Source of the DNA: Anaeramoeba ignava BMAN
Taxonomy: Eukaryota > Protista > Anaeramoebae
Direction of reading: 5' to 3'
Assembly (NCBI GenBank): GCA_028826165.1
Contig: JAPDFW010000074.1
Coordinates: forward strand, 1-64,000
Length of the DNA: 64,000 nucleotides
Below are positions 12,254 to 23,900 of the stretch, piece after piece (position 1 is the stretch's first letter; each line of letters starts with the position of its first letter). The position numbers were made by a program, and so were the translations under genes. The notes under the pieces are model-generated. The model worked only from the letters and a program-made list of their open reading frames with translations, had not been told where the DNA came from and made no database searches.

Positions 12254-13693
12254 TTAAAGTTCTTTTTCAGATTTTAAATCATATTCAATTTTTGATTGAT
12301 TTTGTGAATTATTTTGTTTTTGATTAAACAAATAAACTCTGCCTTTATGTGAATAACTTATTGGAGCACTAATTACTAAATAATTATCTGAAATTAAAAC
12401 AGTAAATCCAAATAAATCATCTTCTTCTCCGTTATTTGAACTTAACATTTGGATTTGATTCCATTGATTTTCATTTTGATTTTGATTTTGATTTTGATTT
12501 TCATTTTGATTTTTTTGGAAAATATAAGCTTTGCCTTGTTTAATATCGCTGTCAAAATTAAAAAGAGGAGCTCCAATTAAAAGAATATTACCATCTTTGG
12601 AAATTGAAACACTAAATCCAAAATGATCATTTTCTTTCCCATAATTTGCAGTTAAAATTTGGATTTGATTCCATTTATTTTCATTTTCATTTTGATTTTT
12701 TTGGAAAATATAAACTTTTCCTTGTTCTTTATTATCTCCAACTTTTGCTCGAGGAGCTCCAATTAAAAGAATATTCTCATCTTTGGAAATTGAAATACTC
12801 ACTCCAAAAAAATCATTTTCTTTCCCATCATTTGCAGTTAACATTTGGATTTGATTCCATTCATTTTCATTTTCATTTTGATTTTTTTGGAAAATATAAA
12901 CTTTTCCTTGTTCTTCATTATCTCCAACTTTTGCACCAGGAGCTCCAATTAAAAGAATATTCTCATCTTTGGAAATTGAAATACTCACTCCGAATCCATC
13001 ATATTGTTTCCCATCATTTGCAGTTAACATTTGGATTTGATTCCATTCATTTTCATTTTGATTTTTTTGGAAAATATAAACTTTTCCTTGTTCTTTATTA
13101 TCTCCAACTTTTGCACCAGGAGCTCCAATTAAAAGAATATTCTCATCTTTGGAAATTGAAATACTAAATCCAAAATAATCATTTTCTTTCCCATCATTTG
13201 CAGTTAAAATTTGGATTTGATTCCATTTATTTTCATTTTCATTTTTTTGGAAAATATAAACTTTTCCTTGTTCTTTATTATCACCAACTTTTGCATAAGG
13301 AGCTCCAATTAAAAGAATATTATTATCTTTGGAAATTGAAATACTAAATCCAAAATTATCATTTTCTTTCCCATCATTTGCAGTTAACATTTGGATTTGA
13401 TTCCATTCATTTTCATTTTGATTTTCATTTTGATTTTTTTGGAAAATATAAACTTTGCCTTGTTCTTCATTATCCTCAAATATTGGACCAGGAGCTCCAA
13501 TTAAAAGAATATTCTCATCTTTGGAAATTGAAATACTAAATCCAAAATGATCATTTTGTTTCCAATCATTTGCAGTTAACATTTGGATTTGATTCCATTT
13601 ATTTTCATTTTCATTTTTTTGAATTGAAAAAAGAAAAATTAATAATAAAATTAAGAATTGAATAAAGAAAGTTGATTTTTGAATTGTTTTCAT
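12254..13693 (-). CDS. Secretory FG-GAP repeat beta-propeller protein, 7 repeats (copy 3)
   Basis: Intact ORF with the same leader, repeats and KSEKEL terminus. Confidence 0.85.
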   Translation of the reverse strand: MKTIQKSTFFIQFLILLLIFLFSIQKNENENKWNQIQMLTANDWKQNDHFGFSISISKDENILLIGAPGPIFEDNEEQGKVYIFQKNQNENQNENEWNQIQMLTANDGKENDNFGFSISISKDNNILLIGAPYAKVGDNKEQGKVYIFQKNENENKWNQIQILTANDGKENDYFGFSISISKDENILLIGAPGAKVGDNKEQGKVYIFQKNQNENEWNQIQMLTANDGKQYDGFGVSISISKDENILLIGAPGAKVGDNEEQGKVYIFQKNQNENENEWNQIQMLTANDGKENDFFGVSISISKDENILLIGAPRAKVGDNKEQGKVYIFQKNQNENENKWNQIQILTANYGKENDHFGFSVSISKDGNILLIGAPLFNFDSDIKQGKAYIFQKNQNENQNQNQNQNENQWNQIQMLSSNNGEEDDLFGFTVLISDNYLVISAPISYSHKGRVYLFNQKQNNSQNQSKIEYDLKSEKEL

Positions 13694-14458
13694 TTTGTTT
13701 TTAAATTTATTATTATTATTTTTAAAAAAATTTGAAAAGAAAAAAATGAAAAAAAAAAAGGAAAAAAAAATTTATTTTTAAATTCAAAAAAAGGAAAAAA
13801 AAAAAGGAAAAAAAAAAGGAAAAAAGAAAAAGGAAAAAAAAAGTGGAATCTTTTTATTTAGATTTTGTTCTCTTTTGTTTTAATTTTTAATTTTTAATTT
13901 TTTAAAAAAAAAGAAAAAGAAAAAAAAAGAAAAAGTGGAATTTTTTTGATAAAGAATTTAAGTAAAAATTTGAATTTGGATTTGAATTTGAATTTAAATC
14001 TAATTTGGAAATGGAATTAATAATCTTTTTTTTCTCTTTAATTTTGAATTTTATTTTGAATTGAATTTTGAATATTTATTTAAAGAGATTAAATTTATAA
14101 ATAATTTCAAAAAAAAAAATTCTAAAATTTGTTTTCAATTCAATTCATTTTTTGGATTCATTTTTTGTAAATTTTGGAAATAAAATTTGAATGAAGAAAT
14201 AAAATAAAACAAATTTCAATTTAATTTGAAAAAGTAAATACAATTTATTATTGAAATTTTGTTTTTTAAAAAAATATAAAATTTTTCAAATTATTTTTAT
14301 TTAAAATAATAAATAAATAATTTTATTTAAATTAAAATAAATAATATTTCCAAATTATTTTTAAATTAAAACGATTAAAATTTAAAAAATAATTTAAATT
14401 AAATTTTTTCATTTTTTTTTTCATTTTTTCTTTTTTCTTTTTTAATAAAAAAACAAAA

Positions 14459-16465
14459 ATGGTATTAAATTAATTAACATTTTAACAATTAAATTTTATA
14501 ATTAAATTATTTTATAATTATTTTATAATTATTTTAGATTCGTTTTTTTTTGATTCAAAATAGACAAGGTCAAACTAGATTATCAAGATGGTATGTTCCT
14601 TATGAAGATGAAGAGAAAACTAAATTAACAACAGAAATTCATAAACTTGTTTCTCATAGAGAAGCAAAAGGTTTAACAAATTTTGCTGAAGTATTTATAA
14701 AATTAAAATTAAAATTAAAATTAAAATTAAAATTAAAATTAAAATTAAAATTAAAATTAAAATTAAAATTAAAATTAAAATTAAAATTAAAATTTAAAAT
14801 AAAATTAAAATTAAAATTAAAATTAAAATTAAAATTAAAATTAAAATTAATATTAAAATTAAAATTTAAATTAAAATTAAAATTAAAATTAAAATTAAAA
14901 TTAAAATTAAAATTAAAATTAAAATTAAAATTAAAAATTAAAATTAAAATTAAAATTAAAATTAAAATTAAAATTAAAATTAAAATTAAAATTAAAAATT
15001 AAAATTAAAATTAAAATTAAAATTAAAATTAAAATTAAAATTAAAATTAAAAATTAAAATTAAAATTAAAATTAAAATTAAAATTAAAAAATTAAAATTA
15101 AAATTAAAATTAAAATTAAAATTAAAATTAAAATTAAAATTAAAAATTAAAATAAAATTAAAATTAAAAATAAAAATTAAATTAAAATTAAAATTAAAAT
15201 CAAAAATCAAAAATTTAAATTAAAAATTTAAAAAATTAAATTAAAATTAAAATTAAAATTAAAATTAAAATTAAAAATTAAAATTAAAATTAAAATTAAA
15301 ATTAAAATTAAAATTAAAATTAAAATTAAAATTAAAATTAAAATTAAAATTAAAATTAAAATTAAAATTAAAATTAAAATTAAAATTAAAATTAAAATTA
15401 AAATTAAAATTAAAATTAAAATTCAAAATTAAAATTAAAATTAAAATTAAAATTAAAATTAAAATTAAACTAAAATTAAAATTAAAATTAAAATTAAAAT
15501 TAAAATTAAAATTAAAATTAAAATTAAAATTAAAATTAAAATTAAAATTAAAATTAAAATTAAAATTAAAATTAAAATTTAAAATTAAAATTAAAATTAA
15601 AATTAAAATTAAAATTAAAATTAAAAATTAAAATTAAAATTAAAATTAAAATTAAAATTAAAATTAAAATTAAAATTAAAATTAAAATTAAAATTAAAAT
15701 TAAAATTAAATTAAAATTTAAAATTAAAATTAAAATTAAAATTAAAAATTAAAATTTAAATTAAAATTAAAATTAAAATTTAAATTAAAATTAAAATTTA
15801 AATTAAAATTAAAATTAAAATTAAAATTAAAATTAAAATTCCAAATTAAAATTAAAATTAAAATTAAAATTAAAATTAAAATTAAAATTAAAATTAAAAT
15901 TAAAATTAAAATTAAAATTAAAATTAAAATTAAAATTAAAATTAAAATTAAAATTAAAATTAAAATTAAAATTAAAATTAAAATTAAAATTAAAATTAAA
16001 ATTAAAATTTAAAAAGTATCGAACATATAAAGTTATTTATAGAAGATATGCTGGATTATATTTTGTTATGTGTGTTGATACAACAGATAATGAACTTTCA
16101 ATATTGGAATCAATTCATTTATTTGTTGAGGTTAATTTCATTCCAAAAATTTAATTATTTATAAAAAAAAATTAATTAAAACTTTTTTATAAAAAAAAAG
16201 GTTTTAGATTCTTATTTTAAAGATGTTTGTGAACTTGATATAGTTTTTAATTTCTGGAAGGTAAATTAATTAGAATTTATTTAGAAGAACAAAGAAATAT
16301 TAACAAAAATATATTCATTTTGATTTTATTATTCATTTTCAATTAAAAAAAAACTTTTATTAGTGTTATACTGCAATGGATGAAATGTTTTTAACAGGTG
16401 AAATTCAAGAAACAAGTAGACAAGTTATTAGAGCAAGACTTGACCAATTAGACAAATTGGATTGA
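14459..16465 (+). CDS. AP2S1: AP-2 complex sigma subunit, 5 exons (14459-14461, 14538-14690, 16017-16130, 16201-16260, 16364-16465)
   Basis: Spliced product [20 protein letters not shown]...[21 protein letters not shown]...[42 protein letters not shown]... closely matches sigma2 adaptin. Confidence 0.9.
14691..16016. repeat. ~1.3 kb nearly pure (AAAATT)n microsatellite forming AP2S1 intron 2
   Basis: Seen directly, between GT at 14691 and AG at 16015-16016. Confidence 0.9.
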
Positions 16466-16683
16466 TTAACATCTTTATCTTATTAATAACATTTAAATCC
16501 CTTTTCCATTGAATTTAAAACTTTATCAAATCAAAAAATCAAAAAAATTTTACTTTAATTTTAATAATTCAATTATGTTCTTTTTTCTATTAAAAAATTT
16601 TCTTCTATTTTTCTTTCTTTTTTTTTGATAACGAAGAAAAAAGAAATTAATTTTCAAAATTAAAAAACAATTAAATTAAAAAA

Positions 16684-18403
16684 TCAATTCTTTCTTTTTG
16701 AAGGTTTTTCTAAATTTCCATCTCCTCCTCTTCTATAATTATATAAATATTTTTGTTGAATTTTCTTTTTTTCTTTTTCTTCTTCTTCTTCTTTTTCTTT
16801 TTCTTTTTGATTTTCAATTTGATTTTTGAATTGATTTTCCAAATTATCATTCTTATTTGATTTTGGAAATAGAAAATTATTCTCTTGAATACTATATTTT
16901 TCATCTTTAAGATAAGTAGTATCTTGATCAGTTAAATGAGTCCATTTTGATCTTCCTTTTTTCCCCATATTTTTAACTTGCAAAACTTTTGGAAGAAGTG
17001 ATTTATCAAAAATATCTCTTTCAGTTGGAGCTGAAATATCCCTTTGGATAATTGGATTATCTTCATCTTGGAAAAACACTCCTTTGTGGCGATAAACTTG
17101 AAGAAAAGCCCATTTTTGTTTTTCTTTTTGCTTTGCAAACTTTCCAATTTCCAATTTTTCATCTTCTTTTAATTTTTCTTCTTCATTCATTTTTCTTCTT
17201 CTTTTTATCTCTAATTGCTCTCTTTTATATGAAGTTTCCTCTTCTTTTTCTTTTTTGATTCTTAAAAGCTCGCGAATTTTCCATTTTTCTTTTTCTTCTT
17301 CTTGATTAAATAATTCATCTTTATCAATAAAAAAATTTTCTTGTTGATAATTTCCATTTTCATCTTCTCCTCCTTTTTTTTCTCTTAAATCTTCTGCTTC
17401 TAATAGTGATTCAACTTGCTTTTGAACTTCTATTTTTCTTTCATTTTCTCTTTCTTGTTTTCTTCTCAATTCTTCTTCTTCTTGTTTTTCTATTTCTTCT
17501 ATTGAAGGTTGTTGACGTTCTTCTTTTTTCTTAAAAATTGGTTTGAAATTTTTAAATAATGAATTTTTTTCATCATCAGAATCAGAATCAGAATCAGAAT
17601 CATAAGATATTATTTCATTTTCTGATTCTATTTTTTGTTCAAATTTGAATTCGAATTCCATTTTATTTTGATTATTTTTTTCTTCTTTTTCTTGCAAAAG
17701 AATATTTTCAATATCTATATCATCATTTTTATTTTTATTTTGATTTTCAATTTTATTTTTAAATTGATTTTGTTTTTGATTTTGATTTTGATTTTGATTT
17801 TGATTTTGATTTTGATTTTGATTTTGATTTTTAAATTGATTTTGATTTTGATTTTGATTTTGATTTTGATTTTCATTTTTAAATTGATTTTGATTTTGTT
17901 TGATTTTTAAATTGATTTTGATTTTCATTTTGATTTTGATTTTCATTTTGATTTTGATTTTCATTTTGATTTTCATTTTTAAATTGATTTTGATTTTTAT
18001 TTTGATTTTCATTTTTATTTTCAGGTTTTTTAATAATTGTTGCTTTATGTATTTTTCTTCCATGTTTTACTTCTGTTTTTTTTATATTCTCAACTTCAGA
18101 TCTTTTTATATTATCATCTTCATTTTGAATATTTATTTCATTTTGTTTTTTATTTTCTTCAATTTTTTTATTTTCTGAAGAAAATTTTTGAAGTCTAAGT
18201 AAACGTGAATCAATTTTTTTTAATTTTTCTTTTTCTTTTTCTTCTTCTTCTTTTATTAATTTTTTTTCATTAATTCTTTCTTGATTTATTTTTTCGGTTT
18301 TATTTCCTTGATTTTTTGATTCTTTTTGATTTGAATTTTGTGCAAAATCAGGTATTCTTCCTGCAAAATATCTTATTTTTTTAATTGGTTTATTTTTATT
18401 CAT
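16684..18403 (-). CDS. MFAP1: MFAP1/Spp381-like spliceosomal B-complex protein; one frameshift in the NQ repeat near 17900
   Basis: N-terminal [11 protein letters not shown]; C-terminal [24 protein letters not shown] and [27 protein letters not shown] are MFAP1 motifs. Confidence 0.85.
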
Positions 18404-18454
18404 TTTATTTATTTAACAACAAAAAATTGAAAAGAAAAAAAATGAAAAAATGAA

Positions 18455-19400
18455 ATAAGTTTAATTTAATATTTAATTTATAAATTAATTTAAAAATATA
18501 ATTTAATATTTAATTTTATTATTAAAATAATAATTTATTGTTTTAGATTTAAATATTTTATTATTTAAATATTTAACATATAAATATAAAAAATAAGAAT
18601 AGATTTAATTTAATATTTAATTTATAAAATTAATTTTAAAATATAATTTAATATTTAATTTTATTAAAATAATAATTTATTGTTTTAGATTTAAATATTT
18701 TATTATTTAAATATTTAACATATAAATATAAAAATAAGAATAAATTTAATTTAATATTTAATTTATAAATTAATTTAAAAATATAATTTAATATTTAAAA
18801 TTTTATTATTAAAATAATAATTTATTTTAAATTTAAATATTTTATTATTAAAATATTTTAATTAATTTTTTAAACAAAATGAAAATAGATTTGAATTAAA
18901 TATTAATTTGAAATTAATTTTTATTTTATATTTATAAATAAAATTAATTATTAGAAATATATTTTTATTAATTAATTTTTGATATTTAATTAATAAAATA
19001 TTTTAATTAATTTTTAAAAGAAAAATAGAAATAAATTTGAAATTAAATATTAATTTTAAATAAAATTAATTATTTATATTTTTTTATATTTATAAATAAA
19101 ATTAATTATTAGAAATATATTTTATTAATTAATTTTTGATATTTAATTAATAAAATATTTTAATTAATTTTTAAACAGAATGAGAATAGATTTAAATTTA
19201 ATATTAATTTGAAATTAATTTTTATTTTATATTTATAAATAAAATTAATTATTAGAAATATATTTTTATTAATTAATTTTTGATATTTAATTAATAAAAT
19301 ATTTTAAAAGAATGGAAATTTTGAAACAGAATTTGAAATAGATTTGAATTTTTAAAATTAATTATTAGAAAATTTTTATTAATTATTTTTATATTTATAA
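18455..19400. repeat. AT-only minisatellites (~145-nt unit at 18455-18850; a second ~150-nt unit at 18850-19400) between divergent MFAP1 and Rac
   Basis: Recurring blocks such as TTTAATTTAATATTTAATTTATAAATTAATTTAAAAATATAATTTAATATTT, and TTTATAAATAAAATTAATTATTAGAAATAT. Confidence 0.75.
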
Positions 19401-19606
19401 ATAAAATTAATACTAAAAATGGGATAAATAAATGGAAAAATTTAAATAAAAATAAAAAGAAATTTTTCGAATGAAAAAAATTTTAACAAAAATTTAAATT
19501 AAAAAATAAAATAAAAATAAAAAGAAAAATTTAATTAATTTTATTTTCATTCTTTTTCTTTTTAATAATTTTTAATTTTTAAATTTAAAAACAAAAAAAA
19601 ACAAAA

Positions 19607-20186
19607 ATGCAATCAATTAAATGTGTAGTTGTTGGAGATGGAGCAGTTGGTAAAAACATGTTTATTAATATCATATACAACAAATGCATTTCCAGGAGAA
19701 TATATACCAACAGTATTTGATAATTATTCAGCCAATGTAATGGTAGATGGAAAACCAATCAATTTAGGATTATGGGATACAGCAGGACAAGAAGATTACG
19801 ATAGATTAAGACCATTATCATATCCACAAACGGATGTATTTTTGATCTGTTTTTCATTGATTTCACCTTCTTCTTTTGAAAACGTTAGAGCTAAATGGGT
19901 TCCTGAAATTCATCATCATTGTTCTAATGTTCCTATGATTCTTGTTGGTACTAAGCTTGATTTGAGAGATGACCAAGATACTATCATGAAACTTGAAGAA
20001 AAAGGTTTATCTCCTATTAGTTATCAAGCTGGTATGGATATGGCTAAAGAAATTAAAGCGGTTAAATATTTGGAATGTTCTGCTTTGACTCAGAAAAATT
20101 TGAAAACTGTTTTTGATGAATCTATTCGTGCTGTTCTTTCTCCTGTTAAACCTGATAAACCAAAAAAGAAATGCTCTATTTTATAA
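19607..20186 (+). CDS. RAC1: Rac-family Rho GTPase (1-nt homopolymer frameshift near 19655)
   Basis: ATG at 19607 gives [16 protein letters not shown], continuing to [24 protein letters not shown]...[18 protein letters not shown]; polybasic tail and CSIL CaaX. Confidence 0.92.
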
Positions 20187-20329
20187 TTTTCTTTTTTTTT
20201 TTAAAAACAAAAAAAAAACAATTTTTAATAAAATATCTTGTTATTGAAAAATCAAAACAATTTTTTATTTTTTTATTTTTGGAATTCTTTTTTTTTTTTG
20301 TTCCACTTTTTTCTTTTTAAAAAACAAAT

Positions 20330-20900
20330 TTATTATTTAAAATATTTAACATAAAAATATAAAAAATGGAAATAGATTTAATTTAATATTTAATTTATAA
20401 ATTAATTTAAAAATATAATTTAATATTTAATTTTATTATTTAAAATAATAATTTAATGTTTTAAATTTAAATATTTTATTATTTAAAATATTTAACATAA
20501 AAATATAAAAATGGAAATAGATTTAATTTAATATTTAATTTATAAATTAATTTAAAAATATAATTTAATATTTAATTTTATTATTAAAATAATAATTTAA
20601 TGTTTTTTTAGATTTAAATATTTTATTATTTAAATATTTAACATAAAAATATAAAAATGAGAATAAGTTTAATTTAATATTCAATTTATAAATTAATTTA
20701 AAAATATAATTTAATATTTAATTTTATTATTAAAATAATAATTTAATGTTTTAGATTTAAATATTTTGTTATTTAAATATTTAACATATAAATATAAAAA
20801 ATAAGAATAGATTTAATTTAATATTTAATTTATAAATTAATTTAAAAATATAATTTAATATTTAGTTTTATTATTAAAATAATAATTTATTGTTTTATTT
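20330..20900. repeat. ~145-nt AT-only minisatellite, about 4 units, same family as 18455-18850
   Basis: The same unit sequence recurs. Confidence 0.8.
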
Positions 20901-20999
20901 TTAAATATTTTTTAATAATAAATATAAATTGATTTGGTTTTGTGATTTTTATTGTTTGAAGAAAGAAAGAAAGAAAGAAAGAAAATTAAAATAAGAAGC

Positions 21000-23900
21000 T
21001 TAAATCATTTCAATTCCTCCTGATTGTTGAAGCTCTTTTTCTTTTTTTTTGATTATACTTTTAATACTCTTTTTTTGTTTCTTCATCAAAACAACAACAA
21101 CAATAATTGCTGCAATAACAACAACTGGAATAACAATTCCCATAACAATTATTGGTGTTTTTGATGAACTAGCACTTGTTTGAGTTGGAATAGAAGGCAC
21201 GAGTGAGGTTGTTGAATTAATTCCTGAATATTCACTTCCAAGACAATTTTCATCAGCTGATGCAACAACCCAAATAGTATATTCTTCTTCTCCATTTAAT
21301 CCTGAGGCTGAATAAAAAGTTGTAGATTTGGGTAAACAGATAGAAACTATTCCATAACGAAATGAATATCTGGCCAATCCAGATGATAAAATCAATGCAT
21401 CCCAAGTGCAAACAAATCCATAATTTATTGAATAACAATTTAATGAAGTAATATTTCCTAATATCACTCTTGTTGAAGTTATTGAACTTGGCAATCCGAA
21501 ATATTGAGGTTCACAATCTGAATCTACACATCCTCGAATTGAAATATTATATTGAACATTCCCTGCTATTTCACTTAATGTTCCAATTACTTCATTTCCA
21601 CTTAAATCAAGAGATGTGAAATTTTGCCAATTTGTTCCATTATCAAGTGAAATTGAATAATTATTAGCATTTGATACTTTTGTGAAATTTAATTCAATTT
21701 CTTCAATTTTGGGAATTGTTTCATAAATTGTTGGAACTTCTAAATTAGAAGTTGTAATTGAAGTTGTTGAGTTAATTCCTGAATATTCACTTCCAAGACA
21801 ATTTTCATCAGCTGATGAATAAACTGAAATTTCATAATATTCTTCGGGAAGTAACAAGGAAATTGAAACACTTGTTGTTAAATTTGTTAAACAAATTGTA
21901 GTTGAATTGTAATTGAATGAATATGCTTGTAATCCAGATGATAAAACCAATGCATCCCAATTACATTCAAACCCAAAAGGTAATGCTGAACAATTTAATG
22001 AAGTAATATTTCCTAATATCACTCTTGTTGAAGTTATTGAACTTGGCAATCCGAAATATTGAGGTTCACAATCTGAATCTACACATCCTCGAATTGAAAT
22101 ATTATATTGAACATTCCCTGCTATTTCACTTAATGTTCCAATTACTTCATTTCCACTTAAATCAAGAGATGTGAAATTTTGCCAATTTGTTCCATTATCA
22201 AGTGAAATTGAATAATTATTAGCATTTGATACTTTTGTGAAATTAAATTCAATTTCTTCAATTTTGGGAATTGTTTCATAAATTGTTGGAGCAATTAAGT
22301 TCCCAGTTGTAATTGAAGTTGTTGTAATGTCTCCACAATTACCATTTGAAGGACATGCTGAAACATTGATTTGATATTCTTGATTTGGGAATTGAGCTTT
22401 GAAATGTTGATTTGTTGAATTTGATTGATAATTTCCTGAATCATCTTGAGAAATTGCTTGATAAGTAAAATTATAATAATCTGGGATTGAACAATTAATT
22501 GGTTGATCCCAACTACAATCAATATCTAATAAATTTGAAATTGAACATGAAAGATTTGGAACTTGGGCAAAAAGTATTGAAATTGATGATTCACAAACTT
22601 CTCCTTTATCATCTCCTTCGCACTCCAATGTTCTACATCCCCAAATTGAAATATTATAATCATATCCACAGTTTATATTCTCCAAAAGATATGAAAGTGA
22701 AGAATTATCAACTGAAAAGAAAGATATTGAATCAGGATCAGATTGATTAAAATAAGAAAGATTATAATGATCAAGATGAGCAACTCCTTCATCAACTTGT
22801 ACATTTGGATAATCCCAATTAGCATTAATTGAATAATCTGAAGGATTTGATAATTGGAAATCTTTTACAGAATCAATTCTTGTTGTTAAATTAATGGAAG
22901 AAGAAGGTTCACCACAGCTCATTGTTTCATTATAACAAGCTCGAATTTGAATTGAATAATATTCATTTCCAGTAATATTATCATAAATGGAAGAATTAAA
23001 TTGTTGATAATAAACATTCCCATCTTCAAGAATTGGAGAATCGATATCAATCCAATCATATCCATAATTAATTTGATATTTCAAAGTTGGAGGAATTTCA
23101 GTTTCATCCCAATAGCAATCAAATGATGAAAAAAAAGATGAGCAATTAAGAATATTAACTTGAGGAATGAGATAATGTTGATAAATAAATCCTTGTTCTC
23201 CATGTTGAGATCCAATAGCAGTAAAATTCTTATAAATTGAAACAGAATATCCAAAATCGGTAACAGAAGATTGAGTGAAAACTTGTACTTCATTCCAAAA
23301 TGTTCCATTATATCTGTAAATGAATCCTTGTTTTGTGTCAATAGCTCCAACAACAAGAGAATCATTATAAACTGAAAGACTCCATCCAAAACTTGAAGAT
23401 CCAGGTCCATTGATAATTTGTTCTTGATTCCAATATGTTTCATTGTATCTGTAAATATATGCTTGTTTTGGACCAGCAGCTCCAATAGCAAGTGCATTTC
23501 CATAAACTGAAACAGAATGACCAAACCAGGATAGTGCTACACTGAAACTTTGCTCTTCATTCCAAAATGTTCCATTATATCTATAAACAAATGCTTGACT
23601 TGTTTGATAAGTTCCTACAGCAATAACATCATCATAAACTGAAACACTCGATCCAAAATTTGTGACTGATTTCGTAATAATTTGTTCTTGATTCCAAAAT
23701 GTTCCATTATATCTATAAACAAATACTCGAGTGTCAGCATAAGTTCCAACAACAGTAACATTTTCATAAATTGAAACAAAATATCCAAATTGTCCAGCAA
23801 CTTGAGAGATCATTTGTTCTTCATTCCAATAAGTTCCATTATATCTGTAAACATCTACTTTATATGCATCCAATCGGTTTCCAATAACAAGAGCATCTTT

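Noticed and set aside
8121-13167. Plus-strand repetitive ORFs (LKFGFDSIYFHF...)
   Set aside because: They are antisense shadows of the FG-GAP repeat genes.
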